A DNA stretch of 64,000 bases from an uncultured Holophagales bacterium (GCA_963842525.1 CAWJGT010000011.1:32001-96000); one strand, 5' to 3'; positions 33,983 through 44,473 are shown, counted from the stretch's first letter. The notes: generated by a model from the letters alone, not told the origin. A program made the numbers and translations.

Positions 33983-34680
33983 TCACTCCCCTTCGCCCAA
34001 CCGGGCGCGGAGCCGTGCGAGCTCGGCTTCCGCCGCTTCGGCGCGCTCGTCGCTGGTGGGGATCATCCGGCCCTCGCGATCGAACAGACGAATCCAGGTG
34101 GCGTCCTGATCCTCGACCCGGCCCTGCCAAAGCCCAAGGTCCAGGCCGATCTTCTCGCTCCAGAACCGCCCCGTTGCGTCGGGCTTCCGCGGCTGGTACG
34201 CGCCGCCCACCAGCCGGAAACCCTCCAGTTTCTGGGTTCGATCCGGTAGAGGTAGTACTCCGCCGTCCGGAACGTCCGGGCGTAGAGATCCTTCTTGACC
34301 GTCCGGTCCTTCTTCATGGTCGAGGGGGAGAGGAGCTCGATGATGAGGTCGGGATAACGATCGCCCTCCTCCCACACCACCCAGACCTGGCGGTCATGCC
34401 GCACCGGCACGTCCCCGACGAAGAAGATGTCAGGACCACGAAATTGCTTCGAGCCCACGGGATCGGCCGCGATGTCCCGGGCCTGCTCGTAGGAGTAGTA
34501 GACGAACATGTTGGCGCCGACGAAAAAGTCGGTCCGCCCGCGCTCCGTCATGGCTTGGCGGGTCACGTTGATGAAGAGGCTCATCTGGATGCGGTGCCAG
34601 TTGCTTTCCAAGGGCTCCCCGTCGCCGTAGACGAGCTCGAAGGGAAGGGGGGCGAGCGCCGCAACCGCTGGCTGGCTCAT
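33983..34680 (-). CDS. Uma2 family (PD-D/ExK) endonuclease (frameshift near 34240)
   Basis: DGEPLESNWH, GPDIFFV, PDLIIELLSPST, AEAAEAELARLRA tail. Confidence 0.85.
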
Positions 34681-34705
34681 GCTGGTTCTCCCGTCAAAGG
34701 AGGCT

Positions 34706-35125
34706 TCACGTCTCGCGGTCCGCGTCCGGCCCGAGCCCGAGCAGGCGGGCCAGGGAGCGGCGGACGCGCTCGTCGAAGGGCGAGCCCGGCTCCGGGTCGA
34801 AGCCGGGGCCGGCTCCCAGGGCCGCTTCGAGGTCGTCGAGCAGCCGCCGCGACCCCTCGCCGCCGGCCGGGCGCCGGCGCGGGTAGGCCATGCGGAAGAA
34901 CTCCTCCGGCTCCACGCCCACCGCGTCCAGGATCAGGAAAAGCTGGCGGACCCGCAGCTCCACCGATCCGCCCAGCATCTTGCTCAGCGCCCCGCGGCTC
35001 AGGCCGAGCTGCTGCTCCAGGCCGTGGCGGGTCCGGCCCGACACCTTGATCACCGCGGAGAGCAGCCGGGTCAGCCGGAGGGTCTCCTCCCGGAAGCGGT
35101 CGCCGTCGTCTTTCTGCATCTGCAC
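34706..35125 (-). CDS. XRE-like helix-turn-helix regulator
   Basis: LEQQLGLSRGALSKMLGGSVELRVRQLFLIL..VGVEPEEFF; TATACT lies 7 nt before the GTG. Confidence 0.7.
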   Translation of the reverse strand: MQMQKDDGDRFREETLRLTRLLSAVIKVSGRTRHGLEQQLGLSRGALSKMLGGSVELRVRQLFLILDAVGVEPEEFFRMAYPRRRPAGGEGSRRLLDDLEAALGAGPGFDPEPGSPFDERVRRSLARLLGLGPDADRET

Positions 35126-35167
35126 CGGGGGCAGTATAGCCCTCCCCGACTCTGGATCGACCGGCCC

Positions 35168-35332
35168 TTAGAACAGCGTATAGATGAACGGCGCCGCCGT
35201 CTGGCTGGTCGCCACCAGGAGGACGACGATGCCCAGGATCAGCACGAAGGGGACGATCCAGTAGATCTTGTTCTGCCGGGCGAACTGCCAGATCTCTCCA
35301 GCCAGCGATCCGAGGTAGCCGAGCCTGCGCAT
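35168..35332 (-). CDS. DUF5989 (SxtK-like) small membrane protein, 54 aa, absent from the ORF track
   Basis: Manual translation MRRLGYLGSLAGEIWQFARQNKIYWIVPFVLILGIVVLLVATSQTAAPFIYTLF; the APFIYTLF terminus is characteristic; AAGGAAGG upstream. Confidence 0.88.
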   Translation of the reverse strand: MRRLGYLGSLAGEIWQFARQNKIYWIVPFVLILGIVVLLVATSQTAAPFIYTLF

Positions 35333-35352
35333 GATTGCCTTCCTTTTCCGTT

Positions 35353-37206
35353 CTAGTCGAGCTGGTAGTCCTGCCGCCAGTCACCCTTCTCCTTCCATTC
35401 CGGCTGGGCCTTCTTGTCCAGCAGGAAGGGGCCGAGGACCAGATAGTCCATCTCCGTCCGCATGAAGCAGCGGTAGGCGTCCTCGGGAGTGCAGACGATC
35501 GGCTCGCCGCGTACGTTGAAGCTGGTGTTGACGATCACGCCATAGCCGGTCAGCTTCTCGAACTCGGCGATCAGCGCATGGTAGCGCGGGTTGACCTCCG
35601 GGTGGACCGACTGGATGCGCGCCGAGTAGTCGACGTGGGTGATGGCAGGGACGTCCGAGCGCGGCCTGTTGACCCATTCGACCAGGGGAAGGTTGCGCTC
35701 GTCGCCCTGTTTCGGGATGCGCCGCCGCTCCACCACGTCCGCCACCAGCAGCATGTAGGGGGACGGCCGGTCGAGCTCGAAGAAGTCCGCGATCCGTTCT
35801 TCCATGACGCTGGGCGCGAAGGGACGGAAGCTCTCGCGGAACTTGATCTTGAGATTCATCACCGACTGCATGCGCGGCGAGCGCGCGTCGCCGAGGATCG
35901 AACGGCCGCCGAGGGCGCGCGGCCCGAACTCCATCCGCCCCTGGCAGAGGCCGACCACGTTCTCGTTGGCGAGGATTTGCGCGATGCGCGGCGCCCAGTC
36001 GGCGTCGGCAAGCTCCTCGGCGGGGTAGCCGTGGTGCGCCAGGAACTCCCGGATCTGCTCGCGCGAGAACTCCGGCCCGAGGAACGCCCCGCGCATGGCG
36101 TCGCGGCCGGGGACGACCGTGCGCGGCTTGTCCATCGCGTTGTGCCAGACGGCCAGGGGCGCGCCGAGGGCGCCGCCGGCGTCGCCCGCCGCGGGCTGGA
36201 TCCAGATGTCGTCGAAGATCCCCTCGCGCAGCAGGATGCCGTTGGCCACGCAGTTGAGGGCCACGCCGCCGGCCATGCACAGGTGGCGCTTGCCGGTGAT
36301 CTCGCGGGCATGGCGGGCGAGCTTCAGGACGATCTCCTCGGTGACCTCCTGGATCGACTTCGCCAGGTCCATCTCGCGCTGCGTGATCGGCGACTCCGGG
36401 GGCCGCGGCGGGCCGCCGAAGAGCTGCGCGAAGCGGCCGTTGGTCATCGCCAGGCCGTCGAGATAGCCGAAATAGTCCATGTCGAGGCGGAACGAGCCGT
36501 CCTCGCGTACGTCCACCAGCTCGCGCTTGATGAGGTCCGCGTAGCGCCCCTCGCCGTAGGGGGCGAGGCCCATCAGCTTGTACTCGCCGGAGTTGACCTT
36601 GAAGCCCGTGAAATAGGTGAAGGCCGAATAGAGCAGGCCCAGCGAGTGCGGGAAGTCGATCCGGCGCAGCAGGCGCAGGCGGTTCCCCTCGCCCACGCCG
36701 ATCGTCGTGGTCGCCCATTCGCCGACGCCGTCGAGGGTCAGGACGGCGGCCTCCTCGAAGGGCGAGGGGTAGAACGCGCTCGCCGCGTGCGACTCGTGGT
36801 GCTCGGTGAAATAGATCTGCGGCGGTTTTCCGGGGCGTCCGGGGCCGCCGAGGCCGCAGCGCTCCAGGGCCTCGTGGATCTGCGGCGGGATCCACAGCTT
36901 CTCCTTGAGCCAGAGCGGCACCGCCTGGACGCAGGAGCGCAGGCCGCGCGGCGCCACCGCCAGATAGGTCTCGAGGATGCGGTGGAACTTGAGCAGCGGC
37001 TTGTCGTAGAAGACGACTCCGCCGAGGTCCGCGGCGCTCTCGACCCCGCCCTCGGCGAGGCAGTAGCGTACGGCGTTGACGGGAAAATCGGCGTCGTGCT
37101 TCTTGCGCGTGAAGCGTTCCTCCTGCGCCGCGGCCACGATGCGGCCCTCGTCGATCAGGCAGGCCGCCGCATCGTGGTAGTAGCAACTGATGCCGAGGAG
37201 CTTCAT
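35353..37206 (-). CDS. O-carbamoyltransferase (NodU/CmcH family)
   Basis: YHDAAA, EERFTRKKHD, HHESHAASAF, GGVALNCVAN, EFGPRALG, KFRESFRPFAP, NTSFNVRGEP. Confidence 0.95.
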   Translation of the reverse strand: MKLLGISCYYHDAAACLIDEGRIVAAAQEERFTRKKHDADFPVNAVRYCLAEGGVESAADLGGVVFYDKPLLKFHRILETYLAVAPRGLRSCVQAVPLWLKEKLWIPPQIHEALERCGLGGPGRPGKPPQIYFTEHHESHAASAFYPSPFEEAAVLTLDGVGEWATTTIGVGEGNRLRLLRRIDFPHSLGLLYSAFTYFTGFKVNSGEYKLMGLAPYGEGRYADLIKRELVDVREDGSFRLDMDYFGYLDGLAMTNGRFAQLFGGPPRPPESPITQREMDLAKSIQEVTEEIVLKLARHAREITGKRHLCMAGGVALNCVANGILLREGIFDDIWIQPAAGDAGGALGAPLAVWHNAMDKPRTVVPGRDAMRGAFLGPEFSREQIREFLAHHGYPAEELADADWAPRIAQILANENVVGLCQGRMEFGPRALGGRSILGDARSPRMQSVMNLKIKFRESFRPFAPSVMEERIADFFELDRPSPYMLLVADVVERRRIPKQGDERNLPLVEWVNRPRSDVPAITHVDYSARIQSVHPEVNPRYHALIAEFEKLTGYGVIVNTSFNVRGEPIVCTPEDAYRCFMRTEMDYLVLGPFLLDKKAQPEWKEKGDWRQDYQLD

Positions 37207-37209
37207 TTG

Positions 37210-37701
37210 TCAGAACTGCTTCCGGTAGGAGTCCGGCGTCCGCGCCCGGTCGTCCGCCGGGATCCAATAGGTGGTCAGCCGCGGATCGAACGAGCGGGTG
37301 ATCCCGAGCCGCTTCTGGCCCCGCAGCACCAGGCCCACGGGGAGGAACAGGAGGTAGTAGACCATCGTCATCATCACCCAGGTGACGCCGGTGCCCACCG
37401 CATGGCCGAAGCGGTCGAGCGCCCGGGTGACCGCCCGTCCGGCGGTCCGCGGGGCCAGCAGCGCCGGCAGGGAGAGGGCCAGGGCGACGGCCGCGACCAC
37501 GGCGGCCACCACAGGCCGCTCCCAATACAGCCAGAGCGCTGCGGCCACGGCCAGGCCGACCGCGGCGCCGATCGCTCCGCGGGTGCGCACGGCGGACGCC
37601 TCGTGGCTCTGCGCCCCTGTGCCGGTCTCCCCTTCGCGGCCTTCGCGCCCTTCGCGCCATACCCAGACCACGGCGGAGGGCTCTCGTTTCAGTATCTGCA
37701 T
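37210..37701 (-). CDS. SxtJ-family membrane protein
   Basis: TM segments, YYLLFLPVGLVLR...TYW...YRKQF; immediately upstream of the carbamoyltransferase. Confidence 0.75.
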   Translation of the reverse strand: MQILKREPSAVVWVWREGREGREGETGTGAQSHEASAVRTRGAIGAAVGLAVAAALWLYWERPVVAAVVAAVALALSLPALLAPRTAGRAVTRALDRFGHAVGTGVTWVMMTMVYYLLFLPVGLVLRGQKRLGITRSFDPRLTTYWIPADDRARTPDSYRKQF

Positions 37702-37910
37702 CTCGTCCTCTTGATCTCGTGTGGCGAGCGGCACGGTATCCTAAACGAAAAGGCCAAAAAGCCGCCATTCTCCGGAAATTCCCGAAAACTCGATTTTTTC
37801 TTGCGCATGCGCGCGAAGTCCCGCTACACTCTTGCCAAACATCGCAAGGAATGAGGCCTCCGGCAGTTGCGGAGCCTGCATCCTCGCCCAGAGTACGCAG
37901 GAGGTTGTCG

Positions 37911-39224
37911 ATGAGAAAACCGCTCCTCGGTCTCTTCGCCCTGCTCGCAAGCGTGGCTCCCGCCTTTGCGGGGGAGGTCTACGTTCCCTACGCGAGCAAC
38001 CAAACCATCCAGGGAACGACCTACCGAACCAAGGTGTGGGTGACTAACGTCGGCAGCGTGGCTCGGAAGTTCAGTACACGCTTCATCGAACAGGGGATTG
38101 ACGGCACCAAGGTGCCCGCGCAGCCGGGCAACGACCTCAGCGTGCCCGCCGGCGGCACCCTGCTGCTGAACAATCTCGCCCCCCAGACCAAGGTCGGCCT
38201 GCTCGAGATCAGCGGCGCTCCGCAGCTCGTGGTCAATGCGCGGCTCGATGCGCTCAACGCCCAGGGGCAGGTCGTCTCCAGCACCAACATGCCGGTGATC
38301 TCCACGGCCAACGTGATGAAGCCCAATGCGACCGCCCAGCTCCAGGGGCTGGAGCGCACCTCCCGCGGGACTCTGACCGACTTCGGCCTGGTGAACGTCG
38401 GCGAGCAGGCGGCGCAGTGCACGATCAAGGCCTTCCGGGCCAACAGCACCCAGATCGCGCAGACGGTGACCCTCTCGGTGCCCCCGCTGGCGGTCTTCCA
38501 CTTCAGCGAGGCGCTGGTGACTCTGGGCGAGCCGGCGGTCGCCGATGCCCGCATCGAGACCACCTGCGACAAGCAGTTCTTCACCTATGCCGTGGTCTTC
38601 AAGGTCGGCGGCCCCGAGGCGAGCTTCGTGACCCCCTCCGGCAGCCTCGAGGGCGACCTGATCGCGGGCGGCGGCAACGCCGCGGGCTCGGTGGTCTACC
38701 AGGTGCCGGGCGTCTATCTCAATGCCAAGAACGGCGACTCCTTCAAGCAGTTCGACCTGCCGGTCGTCGAAGGCGTCCGCTACAAGAAGGCGACCGTCGA
38801 GTTCGACCTTTTCGTCGGCAAGTTCCCGAACGGCATCTTCGCGGGGGTGCACGGGTTCCGGCGCACCGACAAGACCCTCTACTACGGCCTGATCGTCCGC
38901 GGCGGACGCCAGAAGACGATCCTCGACATGGGCGTCGACGACGACATCGTGACCGGCAGCAACGGCGGGCCCTGGCTCGAGCAGAAGCAGTATCACGTGG
39001 TGTTCGACTACGACACCGTGACCCAGCAGCTCACCTTCCGGCTCTCCCGCAACGGCTCCGTGGTCGAGACGCTGACCGGCCGCCTCAACCACCTCGACCT
39101 GTCGAAGAACGGCCGCGTGATGCGGGTCGACTTCGGCCAGAACGGGGTCGCCGACGGCGCCTACTTCCCGCCGATCGGCTGGACCTACTCGAACCTGAAG
39201 GTCACCCTCGAGCCCGCCGAATAG
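37911..39224 (+). CDS. Secreted hypothetical protein (beta-rich; C-terminal domain may be lectin-like)
   Basis: GGAGG RBS, signal peptide ending AFA, strong coding bias. Confidence 0.75.
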   Translation: MRKPLLGLFALLASVAPAFAGEVYVPYASNQTIQGTTYRTKVWVTNVGSVARKFSTRFIEQGIDGTKVPAQPGNDLSVPAGGTLLLNNLAPQTKVGLLEISGAPQLVVNARLDALNAQGQVVSSTNMPVISTANVMKPNATAQLQGLERTSRGTLTDFGLVNVGEQAAQCTIKAFRANSTQIAQTVTLSVPPLAVFHFSEALVTLGEPAVADARIETTCDKQFFTYAVVFKVGGPEASFVTPSGSLEGDLIAGGGNAAGSVVYQVPGVYLNAKNGDSFKQFDLPVVEGVRYKKATVEFDLFVGKFPNGIFAGVHGFRRTDKTLYYGLIVRGGRQKTILDMGVDDDIVTGSNGGPWLEQKQYHVVFDYDTVTQQLTFRLSRNGSVVETLTGRLNHLDLSKNGRVMRVDFGQNGVADGAYFPPIGWTYSNLKVTLEPAE

Positions 39225-39234
39225 GCGCGCAGAA

Positions 39235-39265
39235 CCCTCTCCCCCTGGCGGGTCGGGGGAGGGGG
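39235..39265. terminator. GC-rich hairpin between convergent genes (REP-related)
   Basis: CCCTCTCCCCC-N9-GGGGGAGGGGG. Confidence 0.55.
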
Positions 39266-40753
39266 CTATTTCACGAAGACCAGGTTCGCCGCCAGTGTGA
39301 GGACCAGCCCGGCCTGGGCCAGGAGCAGCAGGGCGACCCAGGCGGAGCGGGGGGGCCAGCGCTCGGCGGCGGCGCCGGCGGCGAGCAGGCAGGCGAAAGG
39401 CATCAGGAACAGCCAGATCCGCCCCGCCTCGCCGCGTACGCTGCCCGAGACGAGCAGCACGGCGAGCAGCGCCCACCATCCCCAGGCGAGGACGTTGAAA
39501 CCGGCCGTCCGCTCGCGCCGGGGGCGCAGGGCCGCGGCCGCGAGCCCGGCCACCGCGGGCCCCAGCAGCAGGAGGAGGTCGTAGGGGTTCCAGAGCAGCC
39601 AGGTCGAGTAGCTGCGCGAAATCACCGCAATGGCGCGGTGCTGCACCATGGCGGCCCGGAAGGCGGACCAGGGGTCGTAGCCCGCGAACAGGGCGAGCAT
39701 GATCCAGGGGAGCAGGAACCCGGCGGCCAGCGCCGCCGCCCGGACCGCGGCGGATTTCGCGGATCTCGGCTCCTTTTGCACCTCCTCGCCGGCCGGCAGG
39801 GTCTCCGGGGTCTCCGAGGTCTCCGGGGTCGACCTGGGAATCAGGGCGAGGAAGAGGACGAGAGGGAGAGCGGCGAGGTACCCGTAGCTGAAGAAGACAC
39901 AGCCGGCGGCGAGCAGTCCGGCGAGGAAGGTGCGGACCCTGCCGCCGGTCGCGGCGAGCCAGGCCGCGGTCACCAGGAAGACCGGCAGGGCCTGATCGAG
40001 CGAGGGCATGAACAGTGACCGGGCCGGGACGAGGAGCCACAACGTGACCGCCAGGAGGCCGGCGCCCGGAGGGAGGCCGAGCGCCTTGGCGAGCCGGTAG
40101 AGCGGCCAGGCGGCCAGGGCCGAGAGGGCCGGCAGCAGCAGGGAGAGCAGCACGAGCGTCCCCGGGGCGGGAAGCTCCCGCGGGACGCGACGGCCGCGGT
40201 CTCTGGCGCGCTGCGCCTCCTCCCGCAGGCTCTCAGCCGCATAGCCGCCGAGGCTGCCGGGGCGCTGCTCCGGCAGCAGGCGGCCGACACGGTCGAGCGC
40301 GCGCACGGCCAGAAGCGGCCCGGGCGGATGCGTCCGCGCATGCTGGTTGAGGCGCGCGATGGCCCGCGGATAGTCGGCCAGCAGCTCGCGGGTCGGCGGC
40401 GCGAGGCCGGCGTTGAACACATAGCCGAAGCTGTGGCGCGAGGCCAGAGATCCCAGGACCCGGAAGAACCCGTTGGGCTGGGCCTGCGCCAGGTTGAGCG
40501 TGAGCACCCAGCCGAGGGGGATCAGCAGGAGGAGGGCCCACCGCCAGTCGGTCGGCCGGTCCTGCGCCGCAAAATAGGTCAGGACGATCATGAGGAGCGC
40601 CGCCACCAGCAGCGCGAGCCCCGTGAGCCCGGGGCTGCGATAGACCCACTCCCACTCTTTCGGGCCGTTCGCCGCCGGAAGCTGCGCCGTGACCATGGCG
40701 ATCAGGTCCACCGTGGCCAGCAGGAGGATCAGAGGAACGAAGGCTCGGCGCAT
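39266..40753 (-). CDS. Polytopic membrane protein, possible GT-C glycosyltransferase
   Basis: Many TM segments, HARTHPPGP loop, GEAGRIWLFL. Confidence 0.6.
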   Translation of the reverse strand: MRRAFVPLILLLATVDLIAMVTAQLPAANGPKEWEWVYRSPGLTGLALLVAALLMIVLTYFAAQDRPTDWRWALLLLIPLGWVLTLNLAQAQPNGFFRVLGSLASRHSFGYVFNAGLAPPTRELLADYPRAIARLNQHARTHPPGPLLAVRALDRVGRLLPEQRPGSLGGYAAESLREEAQRARDRGRRVPRELPAPGTLVLLSLLLPALSALAAWPLYRLAKALGLPPGAGLLAVTLWLLVPARSLFMPSLDQALPVFLVTAAWLAATGGRVRTFLAGLLAAGCVFFSYGYLAALPLVLFLALIPRSTPETSETPETLPAGEEVQKEPRSAKSAAVRAAALAAGFLLPWIMLALFAGYDPWSAFRAAMVQHRAIAVISRSYSTWLLWNPYDLLLLLGPAVAGLAAAALRPRRERTAGFNVLAWGWWALLAVLLVSGSVRGEAGRIWLFLMPFACLLAAGAAAERWPPRSAWVALLLLAQAGLVLTLAANLVFVK

Positions 40754-40833
40754 CGGAGCCGTTAAGCTAGCACACCCTCACCCGGCCCCATGCGCCCAGG
40801 GTGTGAGCCCTGGGCGAGCTAGAATCCCTCTCC

Positions 40834-41841
40834 ATGCCCTTCCCGCCCCTGCCATCCGTGCCACCTCTTCCAAGACCGTCGCGCCGCCTGGAGATCCCCG
40901 GCTTCGCCCTGGGCCACGGCTCGGACACGACCGGCATGACCGGCGTCACCGTGATCCTCTGCCCCGAGGGAGCGGTGGCGGCGGCGGAGGTGCGCGGCTC
41001 GGCCACCGGCACGCGACAGTTCGACTCCCTGGTCGGCGGCCAGCGCCTTGCCAGCCGTGTCCACGCCGCGGTGCTGGCCGGCGGAAGCGCATTCGGCCTC
41101 TCCGCCTCCGACCCGGTGATCGACTGGCTCGCCCGCCGCGGCCACGGCTTCCAGACCGGGATCCTCCCGGTGCCGCTCGTCCCCACGGCCATCCTTTTCG
41201 ACCTCGGCTTCGGGGACCCGGCCGCCCGGCCCACCCCGGCCCTGGTCGCCGGCGCTCTGGAGGCGGCCCAGGCCGTGGCCGGGGAGGTCGCGGTGGGGAG
41301 CGTCGGCGCCGGCACCGGAGCCACCGTCGGCAAGGTCCTGGGACGGGAGAACGGCATGAAGGGGGGCTTCGGCTTCGCGAGCCTGACCGTGCCGGGCGGC
41401 CCCACCGTGGCCGCCGCCGTGGCGGTCAACGCCTTCGGCGACGTGAGGCGCCTGGACGGCACCCTGCTGGCCGGCTGCCGGACAAGCCCCGGCTCCCGCG
41501 AGCTGGCGAGTGCCGAGCGCGTCCTGGCCGCCCTGCCGCCGGACGCTGCGCATCCCTGGGAAGGGAACACCACCCTGGCCGTGGTGATGACCGATGCGGT
41601 CCTGAGCAAGGACAGCGCCTTGAAGGTCTGCCAGATGGCCTTCGGCGGCTTCTACCGCACCCTCTCCCCCGCCCTCTCCCTCTACGACGGCGACCTGATC
41701 GTCACCCTCGGCCTCGGCAGCCGCCCCGCCCACGTCCACCAAGTCGGCATCCTCGCCGAAAGAGCCGTCGCCGAAGCCATCCTGACCGGCGTGGGGGAAG
41801 CCGACGGCTTCGGATTGCTGCCGGCGGTGCGGGATCTATAG
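40834..41841 (+). CDS. P1/S58 (DmpA-like) peptidase
   Basis: TGVTV, GGSAFGL, GSVGAGTGATVGK, VNAFGD, G-NTT autocleavage site, DGD. Confidence 0.9.
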   Translation: MPFPPLPSVPPLPRPSRRLEIPGFALGHGSDTTGMTGVTVILCPEGAVAAAEVRGSATGTRQFDSLVGGQRLASRVHAAVLAGGSAFGLSASDPVIDWLARRGHGFQTGILPVPLVPTAILFDLGFGDPAARPTPALVAGALEAAQAVAGEVAVGSVGAGTGATVGKVLGRENGMKGGFGFASLTVPGGPTVAAAVAVNAFGDVRRLDGTLLAGCRTSPGSRELASAERVLAALPPDAAHPWEGNTTLAVVMTDAVLSKDSALKVCQMAFGGFYRTLSPALSLYDGDLIVTLGLGSRPAHVHQVGILAERAVAEAILTGVGEADGFGLLPAVRDL

Positions 41842-41895
41842 GACGTAGCGCCGCCGCATCTGCGGTACCATCCCCCCAGCATCGGTCCTTATCTC

Positions 41896-43617
41896 ATGAA
41901 GCACACCCGCTCGCCCCGCGACCTCTGGGCGTCGCTGCTGCCCCTCGGGGGTGCCGCCATCGCGCTGGCGGCGGTCTGGCGCCTGCCGGCCCTCGCCTCG
42001 GGCGGCCCGCTGACGCCGGGTCTTCTGGTCGTCCTGCTCCTCGCAGGCGCGGCCGCGGCCTTCCACCGGCCCTTCGTGGCGGCGTCCACCGTGGGGCTCG
42101 GGGCCCTGGTCCTGCCCTCGGCCCTGCTCCTCGGCGGCGGCATCCATGCGGCGAGCCTGGCGGCGTCTTCGCTGCTCCTGGCCGAGCTCGTCCTCCGGCT
42201 CATCCGGCGGCGGGCGGTCTACGGCCTGCCCGACCGCCGCAGCCCGCTGCGGACCTTCGAGGCCACCGGCCGCGCCGCCCTCGCCACGCTGGCCGCCGGC
42301 GGCGTCTGGGCCTGGCTGCACCTTCTCGGCCTGCCGCTCGGCATGACCGGAGCGGCTGCCGCCTACCTCCTCCTGTGGGCGGGCCTGGAGATCGCCGACC
42401 AGAAGATCCGCCGTCCTGACCAGGCCCTGCGCTGGAAGGCGGTCCTCCCTCCGCTCGCGCTCGACGCCTTCGGCTGGGCCTTGGGCGGCGCCCTGGCCGC
42501 GGCCGGCCTCGCCGCCGGCTGGACCGTGGGCGGCCTCCTGACCGCCGGAGCCGCCGTCCTCGCCCTGGAGGCGGCGCGCAACCGCGTCCTCCACCAGCGG
42601 TCGCACTTCCGGGCGCGGGACATGGAGCGGCTGAGCCGCGCGGCCAAGAGGATCGTCGACAAGGACGAGTTGGAGGTGGCCGAGGTGGCCGAGCGCATCC
42701 GGGCCGAATGCGTGCGGGTGGTGCGCGCCTTCTGGTACCAGTTCGAGCTCCTCGTGCCGGGCAGCCAGTTCAAAAGCTGGTGGTCCGGGCCGGACGGCGC
42801 CCTCCGGGAGGGGGTTCCCGAGCCGGAACGCTACCCGCCCGCGCTCCCCGGCGTCCACCGCCGCGCCCCGTGGAACATCGTGGAGCGCCACCTCCGCTCC
42901 GAGGGGAAGGTCCTCGCCCGCCTCCGCCTCTGGTGCGACCCCCGCCTCCTCGACCCGCAGGGAGTGGAGCTGGAGCTCCTCGACAAGCTCATCCCCCAGG
43001 CGACCGTCTCGCTCCAGCGCTGCCTGGCCAGCCGCGAGTCGCGGGAGGACGCCCTCACCGGCGCCGTCCTGCGGCGGGTGCTCGAAAAGCGGCTGCACGA
43101 GGTCCACTCGCAGTGTATCGACCAGGGCGACGCCATGGCGGTCCTCCTCTGCGACCTCGACCACTTCAAGAAGATCAACGACACCTGGGGCCACGCCGCC
43201 GGGGACGAGGCCCTCAAGGCCGCCGCCGGAGTGCTCAAGGCCACCCGCGAGGGAGCCCTCTGTTGCCGCTACGGAGGCGAGGAGTTCGCGCTGCTGCTGG
43301 AGGCCTACAACGGCGAAGAGGCCCTGGCCGTGGCCGAAGGGGTCCGGCAGCGGGTCGAGTCCCTCGTCTTCACCTGGGAAGGCCAGCGCATCCCGCTGAC
43401 CCTGAGCGCCGGCGTGGCCTCCTTCCCCGAGCTGCACATCAAGACCGCGGCCGAGCTGCTCCTCTTCGCCGACGAGGCCCTCTACGAGGCCAAGCGCCGG
43501 GGCCGCAACCGCGTCCTCCTCGACATCGGCCAGGGCCGCTACCAGGACCCGGAGGGCGCCCTCCACCAGTCCGAAGAGGTCCCTCCGGTCGCCGAGCCGC
43601 CGCGGATCTTCGTCTGA
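41896..43617 (+). CDS. Membrane-bound diguanylate cyclase
   Basis: N-terminal TMs; DALTG, DLDHFKKINDTWGHAAGD, RYGGEEF. Confidence 0.9.
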   Translation: MKHTRSPRDLWASLLPLGGAAIALAAVWRLPALASGGPLTPGLLVVLLLAGAAAAFHRPFVAASTVGLGALVLPSALLLGGGIHAASLAASSLLLAELVLRLIRRRAVYGLPDRRSPLRTFEATGRAALATLAAGGVWAWLHLLGLPLGMTGAAAAYLLLWAGLEIADQKIRRPDQALRWKAVLPPLALDAFGWALGGALAAAGLAAGWTVGGLLTAGAAVLALEAARNRVLHQRSHFRARDMERLSRAAKRIVDKDELEVAEVAERIRAECVRVVRAFWYQFELLVPGSQFKSWWSGPDGALREGVPEPERYPPALPGVHRRAPWNIVERHLRSEGKVLARLRLWCDPRLLDPQGVELELLDKLIPQATVSLQRCLASRESREDALTGAVLRRVLEKRLHEVHSQCIDQGDAMAVLLCDLDHFKKINDTWGHAAGDEALKAAAGVLKATREGALCCRYGGEEFALLLEAYNGEEALAVAEGVRQRVESLVFTWEGQRIPLTLSAGVASFPELHIKTAAELLLFADEALYEAKRRGRNRVLLDIGQGRYQDPEGALHQSEEVPPVAEPPRIFV

Positions 43618-43631
43618 GGAGCGGCGCGCCC

Positions 43632-43778
43632 GGAAGCTTCCGGACGACCTCCGGAATTTGCCGCCGGACCCCAAGAGAATTCCGCCCGGCTTCCGGAACC
43701 TGCCGCCGTTGCCGCGGAAACTTCCGCCGGTCGTCTGGAGCTCTCCGGCGGACCCGCGGAAACTTCAGTGCCTACCGG
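43632..43778. repeat. Degenerate 21-bp tandem array (7 units)
   Basis: Units start at 43632, 43653, 43674, 43695, 43716, 43737 and 43758; consensus roughly GGAA.(C/T)T(T/G)CCG(C/G)CG... Confidence 0.75.
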
Positions 43779-44041
43779 GTGAAAAATTGATGGTCCCCTA
43801 GACGGTCGCAAGGCCGTGGGCGTATAGACAAGAGCACTCTCCTGTGAGCCTACCGGGCGAGAGTTTTTGAGACAACTCGTGCTGTATCCCCGAGGCAATG
43901 GTGCCTCCGGGAGGTGTGTTGAAAGGAGGACGTGTATGTGAAGGAAAGCATTGCGCAGGCGGCACGCAGCAAATGTAAAAGCACGGGGTCAGGGATGACG
44001 CCGAACAGAAAAACTGAACAAGCCAAAAGAGGAGAAACACA

Positions 44042-44473
44042 ATGCCTGGACTTTCGTTTCAAAAGATCGTGTCGTATTGCGAGCTGCTCAACGCGACGCT
44101 GAAGGCATACCTTGCGGAGCTGCCGCACCTACAGCCGGAGTCGGAGAGCCTCGATGACCTCATCGCGGAGGTGAAGGAACTCGACCAGGAGCAGCAGGAG
44201 CTCAAGGGGCGGGCGAGGGAGGTCACGCGCCGCCGCCAGGAGGCGGAGCTTCGGGGCCAGGATCTGCGCAGCCGTGTCGTGGCGCAGCTCCGGGGCAAGC
44301 TTGGCTTCACCAACGAGAGCCTGTACGCCTTCGGGATCATCCCGCGCAAACGGACCCGTCGGCGCCCGACCCCGAAACCCGAGCAACCGCCGCCGACCAC
44401 GGAGGATTCTCCTTCGCCGGGCTCGCCGGCACAGCCCACCACGCCCGTACCGGGTGGAACGGCCACGCAGTAG
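44042..44473 (+). CDS. Hypothetical coiled-coil protein with basic, Pro-rich tail
   Basis: AGAGGAG RBS; heptad-rich helices; FGIIPRKRTRRR; downstream hairpin. Confidence 0.75.
   Translation: MPGLSFQKIVSYCELLNATLKAYLAELPHLQPESESLDDLIAEVKELDQEQQELKGRAREVTRRRQEAELRGQDLRSRVVAQLRGKLGFTNESLYAFGIIPRKRTRRRPTPKPEQPPPTTEDSPSPGSPAQPTTPVPGGTATQ

Noticed and set aside
35168-37701. Saxitoxin biosynthesis cluster
   Set aside because: Only the widespread sxtI/J/K-like trio is present, with no sxtA or sxtG
43632-43778. Possible CRISPR array or iteron set of a replicon
   Set aside because: Degenerate contiguous units, no spacers and no rep or cas gene nearby
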